Shown one piece after another: positions 12,619 through 26,542 of a stretch of DNA of 64,000 nt. Within the stretch, counting starts at the first letter, position 1. Each line of letters opens with the position of its first letter. The position numbers were made by a program, and so were the translations under genes. This stretch comes from Paraspadella gotoi (Eukaryota; Animalia; Chaetognatha): positions 28,355,940 through 28,419,939 of the forward strand of contig CM119264.1 of the NCBI GenBank assembly GCA_051294375.1. The letters are read 5' to 3'. The notes below the pieces were generated by a model. It was not told where the DNA came from. It did no database searches and worked only from the letters and a program-made list of their open reading frames with translations.

Positions 12619-12620
12619 GA

Positions 12621-12697
<77 letters not shown>

Positions 12698-12709
12698 GGG
12701 AAGAGAGAG

Positions 12710-12748
<39 letters not shown>

Positions 12749-13455
12749 AAGAGAGAGAGAGAGAGAGAGAGAGCGCTATATATGCGAAAGTAAGGCACAT
12801 CTCGAGGCGTTTCAGTGTCCTTACTCGTTCTTACCTCTGATCAATTTCCTCCCCGAATGGGAAATTTAAACTCGAGAATAAGTTTGAAGGACGAGAGGGA
12901 ATGGTGGAACAGTGGAACCTTGGATCTACCGTGGAACCGTGGAACTGTGAAACAATAGAACTGTTGCTCAGACTGTGGAACCGCGCAACTGTATAAAGTG
13001 TATATTGTGGACAGCTGGACCGTAAAATTTGTAACATGTTGAACTGACTCACTGAAAATAGATCAGTGGAATCCGTGAAAATCTTTAAAACTGCGGATCC
13101 ATGAAATTCCCGGTGATAAGATTCATTTACTTTGATTTATTCGTTTATAATTTCGTTCTCGTTTACGTCGTCGTCGTTGTCTTCGTCGTCGTCGTCGGTC
13201 GGCAGTGTGCCGGCGCGGCGGCGCGGCGGCGCGGCGGCGGCGGCGGCGGCGGCGGCAGTGACGGCCTTGACTTTCCTAACAAAGAAAAAAATCTTGTCGT
13301 CTGAAGAAAAAAATTCCTGCAATAAAAACTTAAATCCTTGTGTAAAGAATTTTCATCGGGTGAAACTGAAAATTCTCGGATTGAACAAATCTCAGCGATT
13401 AAGCCTTAATTAAGGCGAAGACCTGAATAATTAAAATCATTTAGGTTGACAGATA

Positions 13456-13521
<66 letters not shown>

Positions 13522-15691
13522 GTTTCACAGGGGCTCGGAGATCACGGAAAATGACTTTCATAGTTCAAGGGGTCACGAGTGGTTGTAGGGGTAAGTTAAC
13601 GTGATTGATTGATGATTGATTGATTGATTGAGTGATTGATTGATATTTGGATTAGATTTTCATTTGATCTTCTAACAATACAAACATCGATTAATGATTT
13701 TTTGTTTAATTAATAAATAAACTGAACGCTACATTTATTAAGAGGCTAGATAAAAAAGTTGTTTTCAGGTAGGGAGTTGATTTATTAAAATAATTTCGTT
13801 AACACAGAATTGATAGAAACATTAATTGATTGCGTTAGTTTTTTTAAGTTTTTTCACAATCCGTCAGTTTTTTTATTAGAAGTCATCATAATTTTTATAA
13901 AGATTCATTAAACTCGAAACCTTCCCATTAATTCTTTTGTTTTCATAGAGGTCGTGTTGTCCTAAATTTAAATTTTGGTCTTTGCGACCCGAATTTTTAA
14001 TATCGACAAAAGAACAACGGTCGTGGCCAACACGGCAAGCATTTCATGACACATTATAGAAGTTATTGTAATTTAGTAATTATAACTTAATTGAGTCAGT
14101 TAACGGTAACAACCATCTAAGTGCCTTGTCCCTCGAGTGAGCTACCAACCGCTGGAGCCGCACGGCGCCGCCTGGCTGCACCTCCTGCTGCTCCTGCTTT
14201 CTGACAACCTTTTTTTTCGTCGTCAGGTGACTTCTCTTCGTCACTCCCGAAGTTCCCGATATCTGCGCGACTGATCCTCGCGTAAACCATTTTAGAACGC
14301 CTGATAAACGGGCGCCTGATTCACGCGCGCCGGACATTTTGTCATCCGATTCCCGAGCGCCAGATTGTCGTATTTCCGGCCTCCGTCCGAGCTCCAGATA
14401 CACAGCCCCCTGATCGCGGCGCACCCGGTTCCCGAGTGCCCGATCCCCCAGAGTGGATTCGACGCCGGAAATCCCGAGTCCGCGACGCCGACCCATTCCC
14501 GATCGGGCGCGGACTCATCACCCCGTCGAGGAGATCTTGCGCGGCTTCTGCCCTCTTCCCCCGGGGACCAGATCCTCCTCTCCACCAGGTGCCTCCTACG
14601 GCGTCTCATTCCCGAGCTCGCGGCGTCCGACAGTCGACACCTGATCGTCGACCGCTGTTGATCCCGGCGACCCGCTGTGGGTCCCGGTCGACCCGCTGTT
14701 GATCCAGTGCGACCCGATCTCTGGCGGACCTCGCTGACTTCCTCAGCAGCCTCCTCGTTCCCAGTCATCAGCGGCGCCAACTACCACAGCGTTCTACGTT
14801 CTCCAGCAGTCCCCAAAATCCTTGAAAGAATCCACGAAATCTCCAAGCCCGATAGAGAGTCGATTCAGCCTTCTAGAAGCGCCGCAGCGGCACGGACACG
14901 GCTAGCGAGCCTCGAGGATCCGCCAGAACGCCCCAGAGGCCGCAGAACGTCAACGGAGGCCGCAGAGCTCGCGCCCTCTGGCTCTTCGAAAAGAGGAAAG
15001 AGATCGAGCGAAGGGAGTCGGTGGAAGGAAGCGCGGGGCGTTCGGCGGGCCTGCTAGATCGAGACCTAGATCGGCCTGACGGATCACCAGCCGGATCGTA
15101 AGATCCGAAGCCTGCCTGAACGATTTCAAGATCAATTGCCAGATCGACTGCCAAAAGCGTCTGCAAGGATATCGAGACAATACATGGCGCTTCTACTTTA
15201 CCCGCGAGAGTGAGCTCAGGTAGGTTTAAACTCGGTAAGTTTAAAAAAATTCAAAAATTTGTGTTTACTATAACTAATAATAAATTGTAAAGTGTTTCGA
15301 TTTTCTTAGATTGTTAAAAATGTTAAAAATGAGGAGAACTAAACGAAAATAAGTTGCAAAAATTTTTTTTTAAAAATCCTTAATAAAATGAGCTCCACTT
15401 TTTACAATTCAAAAAAATTGAATTGTTATATTTTGTAAGGTAAAACTAATTTTTAAAAAAGAGACGTCTTTCGCCATCTCTCTCTCTCTCTTTCTCTCCT
15501 CTCACTCACTCTCTCTCTCTCTCTCCCCTCTCTCAACGCTCACAATTCTCTGCTTATTTGCTTCCCTTGCAGCGCGCTCAGCATCAAGCTCCAACGAGTA
15601 TTTGGGTCGATTTCGCCACAGCAGATATCCTAAGAAAAATGAGGAAGAAGAGAAGTTCTTTTTCGCGAATGGGGGAGGTGGGAACCAATGA
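9492..15691 (+). CDS. Unidentified multi-exon gene with a ~1 kb Pro/Arg/Asp-rich low-complexity exon (candidate exons 9492-9739, ~10374-10527, ~11974-12085, 12174-12239, 13531-13590, 14227-15219, 15573-15691); frame disrupted by indels
   Basis: GC-rich segments bounded by polypyrimidine-CAG and GT(A/G)AG sites. The 15219 donor joins 15573 in phase 1 to give ...HGASTLPARVSS-ARSASSSNEYLGRFRHSRYPKKNEEEEKFFFANGGGGNQ*. Linkage and frame of the 5' exons are uncertain. Confidence 0.45.
11291..11602. mobile_element. MITE-like non-autonomous element with ~22-bp terminal inverted repeats and internal degenerate TTAGGG-like repeats
   Basis: TTTTCCCATAATGCCCCATTTC (11291-11312) versus GAAATGGGGCACTCTCGGAAAA (11579-11600): 3 mismatches. 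Interior has TTAGGG/TTAAGG variants. A perfect 25-bp inverted copy of the right end is at 2678-2702. Confidence 0.55.
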
Positions 15692-15729
15692 GTACTAATG
15701 GAGACAGAGACAAGAGAGAGGAGAAAGAG

Positions 15730-15784
<55 letters not shown>

Positions 15785-16181
15785 ATCACGACAGACAAAC
15801 AGATCAACGGACACTAATAGTCTTCCGTCTAAACTACTCAAAAGGAAAAAAAAATGAGAAAGGAGCCGTAATAGAATTTTTTTTAAAGATATATATAGCG
15901 TGCATAAAAAGAGATTGGAGCCTTTTTTTTTTCTTTCTCGCAAAGAAATTCGTTGGGTTGCGCCTCGTCGTGTGGCTCTCTCTCGTTCTCTTTCTCCGGT
16001 TCTTCTTCTTCTTCATCTCTCTCTCTCTCTCTGGTCTCTCTCTCGCTCTCGCTCTCGCTTTTCCCCTTCTTTTTATTCCCTTCGTTCTTCTTCCCTCCTT
16101 CCTTCCTTCCCGCCGTCGGTGGATAGTGTGTGCATCCACCGACACAACACAGGCTCGCCTCTCTCTCTCTCTCTCTGCAAC

Positions 16182-16252
<71 letters not shown>

Positions 16253-18871
16253 GCAACGACGACGTCAGGAGCGACGATGTTGATGACTACTGCGTTCAGT
16301 CCCTGGGTTCAGGGAGGGAAAAAAAGACCAGTGCTTCGCCGTTTTTTGAGGCGCCTTTGCCTTTAATTTTCCACAACTGGAAAGTTGTTTTCCCATTCCT
16401 GTTTTCTATGAAAAAAAAATCCTGTTTCGCCGGATTGGTAACTCTCGTGTACGAGATTACAATGTCTCCTTCGTCGAACTTAATAGTCGTTAAAACGTTT
16501 TTTTTGGGTTTAAGTCGAAGCGAATTAGCTTCATCAAAATAACCCGATCCTCAAATAAAACTCGTTTAGCGATCATTAAAAGAATGTCTGGAAATTTGAG
16601 AAAGTATCGCTATTCATCACGTAATTAATAAGTTCTGGACGTGATCGATTTTGTTTGATCTATTATTTGGTCGCTTAACGAGCAGAAATTGCCGTCAATA
16701 ATCCTTTGTTTAAACGAAAATCGGTGCAATTTAAAACCTCTTCCACTATCCACAATTGTCGTGATGCAGATATGGAAACATCACGCAGGCATGTGGTCTT
16801 ATTATATAAATGTGACAGTTTCTTACGAAATTTCTGGGGGGAAAAAACTCAAAGTTACCATTCAAAGTAGGCAATGTGTTCGAACACTGATCTTACCCTA
16901 ACTTGCGTGTTTCAAATTTCCATCGAAAATTTTTCCCGCTGTTCTGTGGTGGAAGAAAAGTGAATTCCGTGACCTCGAATCGTTAACGAATTCACGTATC
17001 ACCAACGTCTTCGCCATACGTATTTTCTGCAGCATCTTAACTTTCCACCTCATCACGAAACGCAGCATCCCTGATTTTACGACGTCACTACCACAGCCAA
17101 CATCAATTACGACGTGCAACATCTTAATTTCCACAACATCTCGGCTGTCTTCGACGTCACACCACAGCAAGACCCTGTCGCGATGCATTTCCACACCAGT
17201 CTGAACTTCAACAACATCACAAGCGAAGCATCCTTTGCTTCTACGACGTCACTTCTACAGCGAGACCCAGCGAGACGTCATTTCTTCATATCCTCTTCCT
17301 CTTTTACTCACATAGACGTCGACGGTTAGAGCTGACGTCACAGTCGTCATTTTCTCGCCGCTTTTTTTTTTTTTTTTTTTTTTAGTCCACGTTCGTCTTA
17401 AAGACTTACAAATTAAAATACAATTTTCGTGCCAGGAAAATCGATTCTCTCCCAAACGATCTTACTTTTTCTCTTCGTCTCGTACCGCAGTCCTCTTTTA
17501 AAAATGTTGTTCTTTCTTCTCTGGAATAACAAAAGAATCGGCAGAAAAAAGCGAGCAAAAAAAAAAAAAAATTGTGACCGGGAGGATTCGTCGTCTAAAA
17601 GAAAGAGATAGAGAGAGAGACGAAGGGGTCTCGCTTGTCTCTCTGGGGGAACTCGTTCATCGCCAACAGTTGCTCGCTTGCGATGATAGATGCACCTTCC
17701 TTTTTTTTGAGCAAAAAAATAATTTAATAAATTTTTATTCTGAAAGGTTTGGTTTAAAAAATTGTAACAAAAATATTTAATATCAAAAACACTGACTTTT
17801 CTTGAGTCTTTCGCTTCTCGAGCCCTGAGCAGGAAATTAAAAATGCCAGTCTGGAGGAAAAGTTGATACTTCTGACAAGGAAATAAGTTTCTCTTTTTTG
17901 TTCAACTATGTCAGGTATTTTTTTCCAAGTTCCATAAGAGGTCTTGTATGTTAAAGAAAGAAGTGTGTTTTAAATTAACATCTTTGATTTTGTATTTTAA
18001 AAAATGGTTGGAATTTTATCAAATATAATGGAAATTTCCCTTTTAGCCAGCTTTGTTTATTTTCTCAGCAGTTTCTTTGCTACCCCAGAGCGCTGCTACG
18101 ACATATTTAATTGTAATTTGTATTTTTTTTTGTCTGCAATAGAGAAATTTGTTTGGTTTTCTACTTTTTACGTTTAAAAGCGTAGAGGATTAAGGCTACG
18201 CTCCTGCCTCGATTGTTGCTTCCATTGCCCTCGTTGACCCGATTCGCCTCTTGCTTTTTTTACTTTTTTTTTTGCATCTTCTTTTGTCTTACGAAACGAC
18301 TTACACAAGCATTCTTTAGAGAAATGCAAGGAGTTAAAAACGATTTACGACTAAAAGGAGTAGACTTTGGTAATATTTCTAGACCAAAAAGAAAAGGTGA
18401 AAAAAGATATTTTAATATATAAATGTTAATTTATTTTGAATCTAGCTTTCTCGTGCATAGTTAAATAAGTGAACTTAAAAAACCTTACTAAAAACTCCAC
18501 AATTAAAAATGAATAGTTTAAACGGGAAGGAAAGAAAATAAAATCCAATATTGTTCTTTTCCTTCAGTAAAGGATGCATTATCAAATTTCTATAATTGTC
18601 CGTAGTTTTATAATTTTATTAGAATATTTTAGATTTGTTATATTTTCTTAATCCGTACTTTAATCTTCTACATTCTTCCACAAACTCGGGGTTTTGGTTC
18701 TTTTCTCCCGTTTCTCCTGTTTCTTCCGCTTCTCCTGTTTCTTCTTTTCTCCCGTTTCTCCATTTTCGTCACGTTCCCTCGGGACACTGGACGGTTTCGT
18801 GCCATGGGAAAACTGAACTTCCGGAGCCATTTCCCCGTTCGGCCTCTCGATGTTGTGCAGATCGATTCTCT

Positions 18872-18911
<40 letters not shown>

Positions 18912-19875
18912 TAACATGGCGAACATCATTAAGCTATCATTAATAAAGGTTTCATCCCAATTTGGTCTCGGAACTCGCCCTCAGGACTGTCTTTTGTCGT
19001 GGCGATTGCCTGGTGTTCGGTAACCGCGCTGATCTGTTGATTCGTTTGAAACTCGGCACATTTTTATTATTTTTTTTAATATTTATTTTTTTTTTGGGGG
19101 GGGATCCGATTAAATTTTTGGTTCTGCGATGGAAACAAATTAAAAAGAAAATTTCATAACAACGAACCAGTTATCGTCTTTTTGCATCCTGCTGCCTCGA
19201 AACCGGTACTTTCGCCTCCTCTTTTCGGTTCCACAAACTTGGCTTGGCTCCGGGCGTCACGACGAAAGATCGATTAAACAATTTGCCTCCGATTCGCTTC
19301 TCTCCGCCCTCCGTTCGTTTAGTTCCCTTTAAAAACCGAACAGATGCCGACGAAAATCCCGCGCTTTTTTGGCGGCGCCGCATTGGTAGATTGCTCAAGC
19401 CACGGCATCGCTTGTCGCAGTGGCGAAGTAAACGAGGATGTAGTTGCGTCGATGCAAGGAAGGCTACGTTTTGGGGTGCGGGCGACCCAAAATAGGTACA
19501 GCAGATGCTCCTTGTAGATTGTAGAAGTTGCGAAGATTTTTTTTCTACAAGTCCTCGAGATCATTTTCGTCTGCTCTTACACTTCTCCATGCTTACATTC
19601 GGACACGACGCTGTTTTAAACTCAGATGTTCCCCCCCCTCTTTAGCTCCGACATTCCTAGCAGAGACAGGGATATCGCGTCCAAGTGAGAAAGACTCCTT
19701 TTCCCTTCGCGATTTGAGTCTCTTATCGTCTGCCACTCCCAGTTTCGTCCAATTCGATCCCCCACCTCGCCCGGAGAGGGTTTTCAGAACGATCTGTGGT
19801 TGGGGTTTTGATTTTGCTCTCATCTCTTTTTCGATCTTCTGTCTTACTTCATTCTCGATGTTCTTCTCTCTTCTC
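12139..19875 (+). repeat. Copy A of a ~7.75 kb tandem duplication
   Basis: TAGGAGATCGTCGAACG at 12171 recurs at 19925 (offset 7754) and the copies stay colinear to CATTCTCGATGTT..CTCTTCTC (19875 / 27531). Confidence 0.95.
12533..12773. repeat. ~240 bp (AG)n microsatellite, the longest of many AG/CT tracts (others e.g. 1897-1999, 3160-3242, 16183-16249, 38939-38999, 56293-56402)
   Basis: Directly visible; source of the spurious RERERE/SLSLSL ORFs. Confidence 0.97.
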
Positions 19876-19887
19876 TTGGGTGGGTGG

Positions 19888-19888
<1 letters not shown>

Positions 19889-19924
<36 letters not shown>

Positions 19925-21054
19925 TAGGAGATCGTCGAACGTCGATCGCTTCGATTTCCCCTGGGTCGTCATGGAAACGGCTTTGAATCCTTGGTAAACA
20001 AAAACTGAATCCCTTTGTGAAATTATCGACGAGTAAACAGAGGATAAAAGGTAGAAACGGATCCGAGCATCGGAATGGAATGGAAATTCTCATAATCAGC
20101 GTAAAAATACTGAGTTTGTGAATTGTGAACTGCGCACCGTGAATCGTGACCTGTGTGTGTGTGAAATGTGAGGAGCGAAGTGTGAACNNNNNNNNNNNNN
20201 NNNNNNNNNNNNNNNNNNNNNNNNNNNNNNNNNNNNNNNNNNNNNNNNNNNNNNNNNNNNNNNNNNNNNNNNNNNNNNNNNNNNNNNNNNNNNNNNNNNN
20301 NNNNNNNNNNNNNNNNNNNNNNNNNNNNNNNNNNNNNNNNNNNNNNNNNNNNNNNNNNNNNNNNNNNNNNNNNNNNNNNNNNNNNNNNNNNNNNNNNNNN
20401 NNNNNNNNNNNNNCGCTATATATGCGAAAGTAAGGCAATCTCGAGGCGTTTCAGTGTCCTTACTCGTTCTTACCTCTGATCAATTTCCTCCACGAATGGG
20501 AAATTTAAACTCGAGAATAAGTTTGAAGGACGAAGGGAGGAATGGTGGAACAGTGGAACCTTGGATCTACCGTGGAACCGTGGAACTGTGAAACAATAGA
20601 ACTGTTGCTCGAGACTGTGGAACCGCGCAACTGTATAAAGTGTATATTGTGGAACAGTGGAACCGTAAAATTTGTACCACTGTGGAATGGTGAAAATCTT
20701 TAAAACTGCGGATCCATGAAATTCCGGTGATAAGATTCATTTACATTTGATTTATTCGTTTATAATTTCGTTCTCGTTTACGTCGTCGTCGTTGTCTTCG
20801 TCGTCGTCGTCTTGGGCGGCAGTGTCGGCGGCGGCGGCGGCGGCGGCGGCGGCAGTGACGGCCTTGACTTTCCTAACAAAGAAAAAAATCTTGTCGTCTG
20901 AAGAAAAAAATTCCTGCAATAAAAACTTTAACATCCTTGTGTAAAGATTTTCAATCGGTGAAACTGAAAATTCTCGGATTGAACAAATCTCAGCGATTAA
21001 GGCCGAAAAGGGACCCTGAATAATTAAAATCATTTAGGTTGACGATACTCCTCT

Positions 21055-21129
<75 letters not shown>

Positions 21130-21205
21130 TCACAGGGCCTCGGAGATCACGGAAAATGACTTTCATAGTTCAAGGGGTCACGATGGTGTAGGGGTAAGTT
21201 TAACG

Positions 21206-21236
<31 letters not shown>

Positions 21237-23336
21237 GTGATTGATTGATATTTGGATTAGATTTTCATTGATCTTTCTAACAATACAAACATCGATTAAT
21301 TGATTTTTTGTTTAATTAATAAATAAACTGAACGCTACATTTATTAAGAGCTAGATAAAAAAGTTGTTTCGAGTCAGGGAGTTGATTTTTATTAAAATAA
21401 TTTCGTTAACACAGAATTGATAGAAACATTAATTGATTGCGTTAGTTTTTTTTAAGTTTTTTCATCAATCCGTTCAGTTTTTTATTAGAAGATCATCATA
21501 ATTTTTATAAAGATTCATTAAACTTCGAAACCTTCCCATTAATTCTTTTGTTTTCATAGAGGTCGTGTTTGTCCTAAATTTAAATTTTGGTCTTTGCGAC
21601 CCGAGATTTTTAATATCGACAAAAGAACAACGGTCGTGGCCAACACGGCAAGCATTTCATGACACATTATAGAAGTTATTGTAATTTAGTAATTATAACT
21701 TAATTGAGTCAGTTAACGGGTAACAACCATCTAAGGTGCCTTGTCCCTCGAGTGAGCTACCAACCGCTGGAGCCGCACGGCGCCGCCTGGCTGCACCCGC
21801 TGCTGCTCCTGCTGCTCCTGCTTTCTGACAACCTTTTTTTTCGTCGTCAGGTGACTTCTCTTCGTCACTCCCGAGTTCCCGATATCTGCGCGACTGATCC
21901 TCGCGTAAACCATTTTAGAACGCCTGATAAACGGGCTCCTGATTCACGCGCGCCTGACATTTTGTCATCCGATTCCCGAGCGCCAGATTGTCGTATTTCC
22001 GGTCCTCCGATCCGAGCGCCAGATACACAGCCCCCTGAACGAGGCGCACCCGGTTCCCGAGTGCCCGATCCCCGCAGAGTGGATTCGACGCCGGAAATCC
22101 CGAGTCCGCGACGCCGACCCATTCCCGATCGGGCGTCGGACTCATCACCCCGTCGAGGAGATCTTGGCGCGGCTTCTGCCCTCTTCCCCCGCGGGACCAG
22201 ATCCTCCTCTCCACCAGGTGCCTCCTACGGCGTCTCATTCCCGAGCTCGCGGCGTCCGACAGTCGGACAATCCGCTGTTGATCCCGGGCGACCCGCTGTG
22301 GGTCCCGGTCGACCCGCTGTTGATCCAGTGCGACCCGATCTCTGGCGGACCTCGCTGACTCCTCAGCAGCCTCCTCGTTCCCAGTCATCAGCGGCGCAAC
22401 TACCACAGCGTTCTACGTTTCTCCAGCAGTCCCCAAAATCCTTGAAAGAATCCACGAAATCCTCCAAGCCCGATAGAGAGTCGATTCAGCCTTCTAGAAC
22501 GCCGCAGCGGGCACGGCACACGGCTAGCGAGCCTCGAGGATCCGCCAGAACGCCCCCAGAGGGCCGCAGAACGTCAACGGAGGCCCGCAGAGCTCGCGCG
22601 CCCTCTGGCTCTTCGAAAAGGGGAAAGAGATCGAGCGAAGGGAAGTCGGTGGAAGGAAGCGCGGGGCGTTCGGCGGGCCTGCTAGATCGAGACCTAGATC
22701 GCCTGACGGATCACCAGCCGGATCGTAGATCCGAACGCCTGCCTGAACGATTTCAAGATCAATTGCCAGATCGACTGCAAAAGCGTCTGCAAGGATATCG
22801 AGACAAAATACATGGCGCTTCTACTTTACCCGCGAGAGTGAGCTCAGGTAGGTTAAACTCGGTAAGTTTAAAAAAATTCAAAAATTGTGTTTACTATAAC
22901 TAATAATAAATTGTAAAGTGTTTCGATTTTCTTAGATTGTTAAAAATGTTAAAAATGAGGAGAACTAAACCGAAAATAAGTTGCAAAAATTTTTTTTAAA
23001 AAATCCTTAATAAAATGAGCTCACTTTTTACAATTCAAAAAAATTGAATTGTTATATTTTGTAAGGTAAAACTAATTTTAAAAAAGAGACGTCTTTCGCC
23101 ATCTCTCTCTCTCTCTTTCTCTCTCTCTCACTCACTCTCTCTCTCTCTCTCCCTCTCTCTCAACGCTCACAATTCTCTGCTTATTGCTTCCCTTGCAGCG
23201 CGCTCAGCATCAAGCTCCAACTGAGTAATTTGGTCGATTTCGCCACAGCAGATATCCTAAGAAAAATGAGGAAGAAGAGAAGTTCTTTTTCGCGAATGGG
23301 GGAGGTGGGAACCAATGAGTACTAATGGAGACAGAG

Positions 23337-23417
<81 letters not shown>

Positions 23418-23812
23418 CGACAGACAAACAGATCAACGGACACTAATAGTCTTCCGTCTAAACTACTCAAAAGGAAAAAAAATGGGAAAGGAGCCGTAAT
23501 AGAATTTTTTTTAAAGATATATATAGCGTGCATAAAAAGAGATTGGAGCCTTTTTTTTTTCTTTCTCGCAAAGAAATTCGTTGGTTGCGCCTCGTCGTGT
23601 GGCTCTCTCTCGTTCTCTTTCTCCGGTTCGTTCTTCTTCTTCATCTCTCTCTCTCTCTCTGCGTCTCTCTCTCGCTCTCGCTCTCGCTTTTCCCCTTCTT
23701 TTTATTCCCTTCGTTCTTCTTCCCTCCTTCCTTCCTTCCCGCCGTCGGTGGTAGTGTGTGCATCCACCGACACAACACAGGCTCGCCTCTCTCTCTCTCT
23801 CTCTCTGCCAAC

Positions 23813-23877
<65 letters not shown>

Positions 23878-26498
23878 GCAACGACGACGTCAGGAGCGAC
23901 GATGTTGATGACTACTGCGTTCAGCGTCCTGGGTTCAGGGAGGGAAAAAAAGACCAGTGCTTCGCCGTTTTTGGAGGCGCCTTTGCCTTTAATTTTCCAC
24001 AACTGGAAAGTTGTTTTCCCATTCCTGTTTTCTATGGAAAAAAAAATCCTGTTTCGCCGGATTGGTAACTCTCGTGTACGAGATTACAATGTCTCCTTCG
24101 TCGAACTAAATAGTCGTTAAAAACGGTTTTTTTTTGGGTTTAAGTCGAAGCGAATTAGCTTCATCAAAATAACCCGTATCCTCAAATAAAACTCGTTTAG
24201 CGATCATTAAAAGAATGTCTGGAAATTTGAGAAAGTATCGCTATTCATCACGTAATTAATAAGTTCTGGACGTGATCGATTTTGATCTATTATTTGGTCG
24301 CTTAACGAGCAGCAATTGCCGTCAATAATCCTTGTTTAAACGAAAATCGGTGCAATTTAAAAGCCTCTTCCACTATCCACAATTGGTCGCTGATGCAGAT
24401 ATGGAAACATCACGCAGGCATGTGGTCTTATTATATAAATGTGACAGTTTCTTACGAAATTTCTTGGGGGGGAAAAACTCAAAGTTACCATTCAAAGTAG
24501 GCAATGTGTTCGAACACTGATCTTACCCTAACTTGCGTGTCCAAATTTCCATCGAAGATTTTTCCCGCTGTTTCTGTGGTGGAAGAAAAGTGAATTCCGT
24601 GACCTCGAATCGTTAACGAATTCACGTATCACCAACGTCTTCGCAATACGTATTTTCTGCAGCATCTTAACTTCCACCTCATCACGAACGCAGCATCCCT
24701 GATTTTACGACGTCACTACCACAGCAACATCAATTACGACATGCAACATCTTAATTTCCACAACATCTCGGCTTCTTCGACGTCACGACCACAGCAAGAC
24801 CCTGTCCGCGATGCCATTTCCACACCATCTGAACTTCAACAACATCACAAGCGAAGCATCCTTGCTTCTACGACGTCACTTCTACAGCGAGACCCAGCGA
24901 GACGTCATTTCGTCGTCATATCCTCTTCCTCTTTTACTCACATAGACGTCAACGGTTAGAGCTGACGTAACAGTCGTCATATTTCTCGCCGCTTTTTTTT
25001 TTATGTCCACGTTCGTCTTAAAGACTTACAAATTAAAATACAATTTTCGTGCCAGGAAAATCGATTCTCTCGCCAAACGATCTTACTTTTTCTCTTCGTC
25101 TCGTACCGCAGTCCCTCTTTTAAAAATGTTGTTCTTTCTTCTCTGGAATAACAAAAGAATCGGCAGAAGAATAAGCGAGCAAAAAAAAAAAAATTGTGAC
25201 CGGGAGGATTCGTCGTCTAAAAGAAAGAGATAGAGAGAGAGACGAAGGGGTCTCGCTTGTCTCTCTGGGGGAACTCGTTCATCGCCAACAGTTGCTCGCT
25301 GCGATGATAGATGCACCTTCCTTTTTTTGAGCAAAAATAATTTAATAAATTTTTATTCTGAAAGGGTTGGTTTAAAAAATTGTAACAAAAATATTTAATA
25401 TCAAAAACACTGACTTTTCTTGAGTCTTTCGCTTCTCGAGCCCTGAGGCAGGAAATTAAAAATGCCAGTCTGGAGGAAAAGTTGATACTTCTGACAAGGA
25501 AATAAGTTTCTCTTTTTTTGTTCAACTATGTCAGGTATTTTTTTCCAAGTTCCATAAGAGGTCTTGTATGTTAAAGAAAGAAGTGTGTTTTAAATTAACA
25601 TCTTTGATTTGTATTTTAAAAAATGGTTGGAATTTTATCAAATATAATGGAAATTTTCCCTTTTAGCTCAGCTTTTGTTTATTTTCTCAGCAGTTTCTTT
25701 GCTAACCCCAGAGCGCTGCTACGACATATTTAATTGTAATTTGTATTTTTTTTTGTCTGCAATAGAGAAATTTGTTTGGTTTTCTACTGTTTTTACGTTT
25801 AAAAGCGTAGGAGGATTAAGGCTACGCTCCTGCCTCGATTGTTGCTTCCATTGGCCCTCGTTGACCCGATTCGCCTCTTGCTTTTTTTTACTTTTTTTTT
25901 GCATCTTTCTTTTGTCTTACGAAACGACTTACACAAGCATTCTTTAGAGAAATGCAAGGAGTTAAAAACGATTTACGACTAAAAGGAGTAGACTTGGTAA
26001 TATTTCTAGACCTAAAAAGAAAAGGTGAAAAAAGATATTTTAATATATAAATGTTAATTTATTTTGAATCTAGCTTTCTCGTCATAGTTAAAAATAAGTG
26101 AACTTAAAAAACCTTACTAAAAACTCCACAATTAAAAATGAATAGTTTAAAACGGGAAGGAAAGAAAATAAAATCCAATATTGTTCTTTTCCTTCAGTAA
26201 AGGATGCATTATCAAATTTCTATAATTGTCCGTAGTTTTATAATTTTATTTAGAATATTTTAGATTTCGTTATATTTTCTTAATCCGTACTTTAATCTTC
26301 TGACATTCTTCCACAAACTCGGGGTTTTGGTTCTTTTCTCCCGTTTCTCCTGTTTCTTCCGCTTCTCCTGTTTCTTCTGTTTCTCCCGTTTCTCCATTTT
26401 CGTCACGTTCCCTCGGGACACTGGACGGTTTCGTGCCATGGGAAAACTGAACTTCCGGAGCCATTTCCCCGTTCGGCCTCTCGATGTTGTGCAGATCG

Positions 26499-26542
<44 letters not shown>

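Noticed and set aside
12526-12800. Many ORFs of RERERE / SLSLSL / poly-F / poly-S type across the window
   Set aside because: Translations of AG/CT, GAC and T-rich simple repeats; no splice or homology support.
13137-13276. Minus-strand terminal-exon-like segment (KVKAVTAAAA...DDDDEDNDDDVNENEIINE*), repeated at 20752-20873
   Set aside because: Mostly GCC/GAC microsatellite, lies antisense inside the + strand gene model, and could not be linked to upstream exons.
19170-19600. Minus-strand frame with repeated in-frame stops and a Bro-N-like phrase (AAKKARDFRRHLF), suggesting an alternative genetic code or viral relic
   Set aside because: TAA, TAG and TGA all occur, neighbouring genes use the standard code, and copy B shifts frame at different places; indel noise explains it and the motif match is too short.
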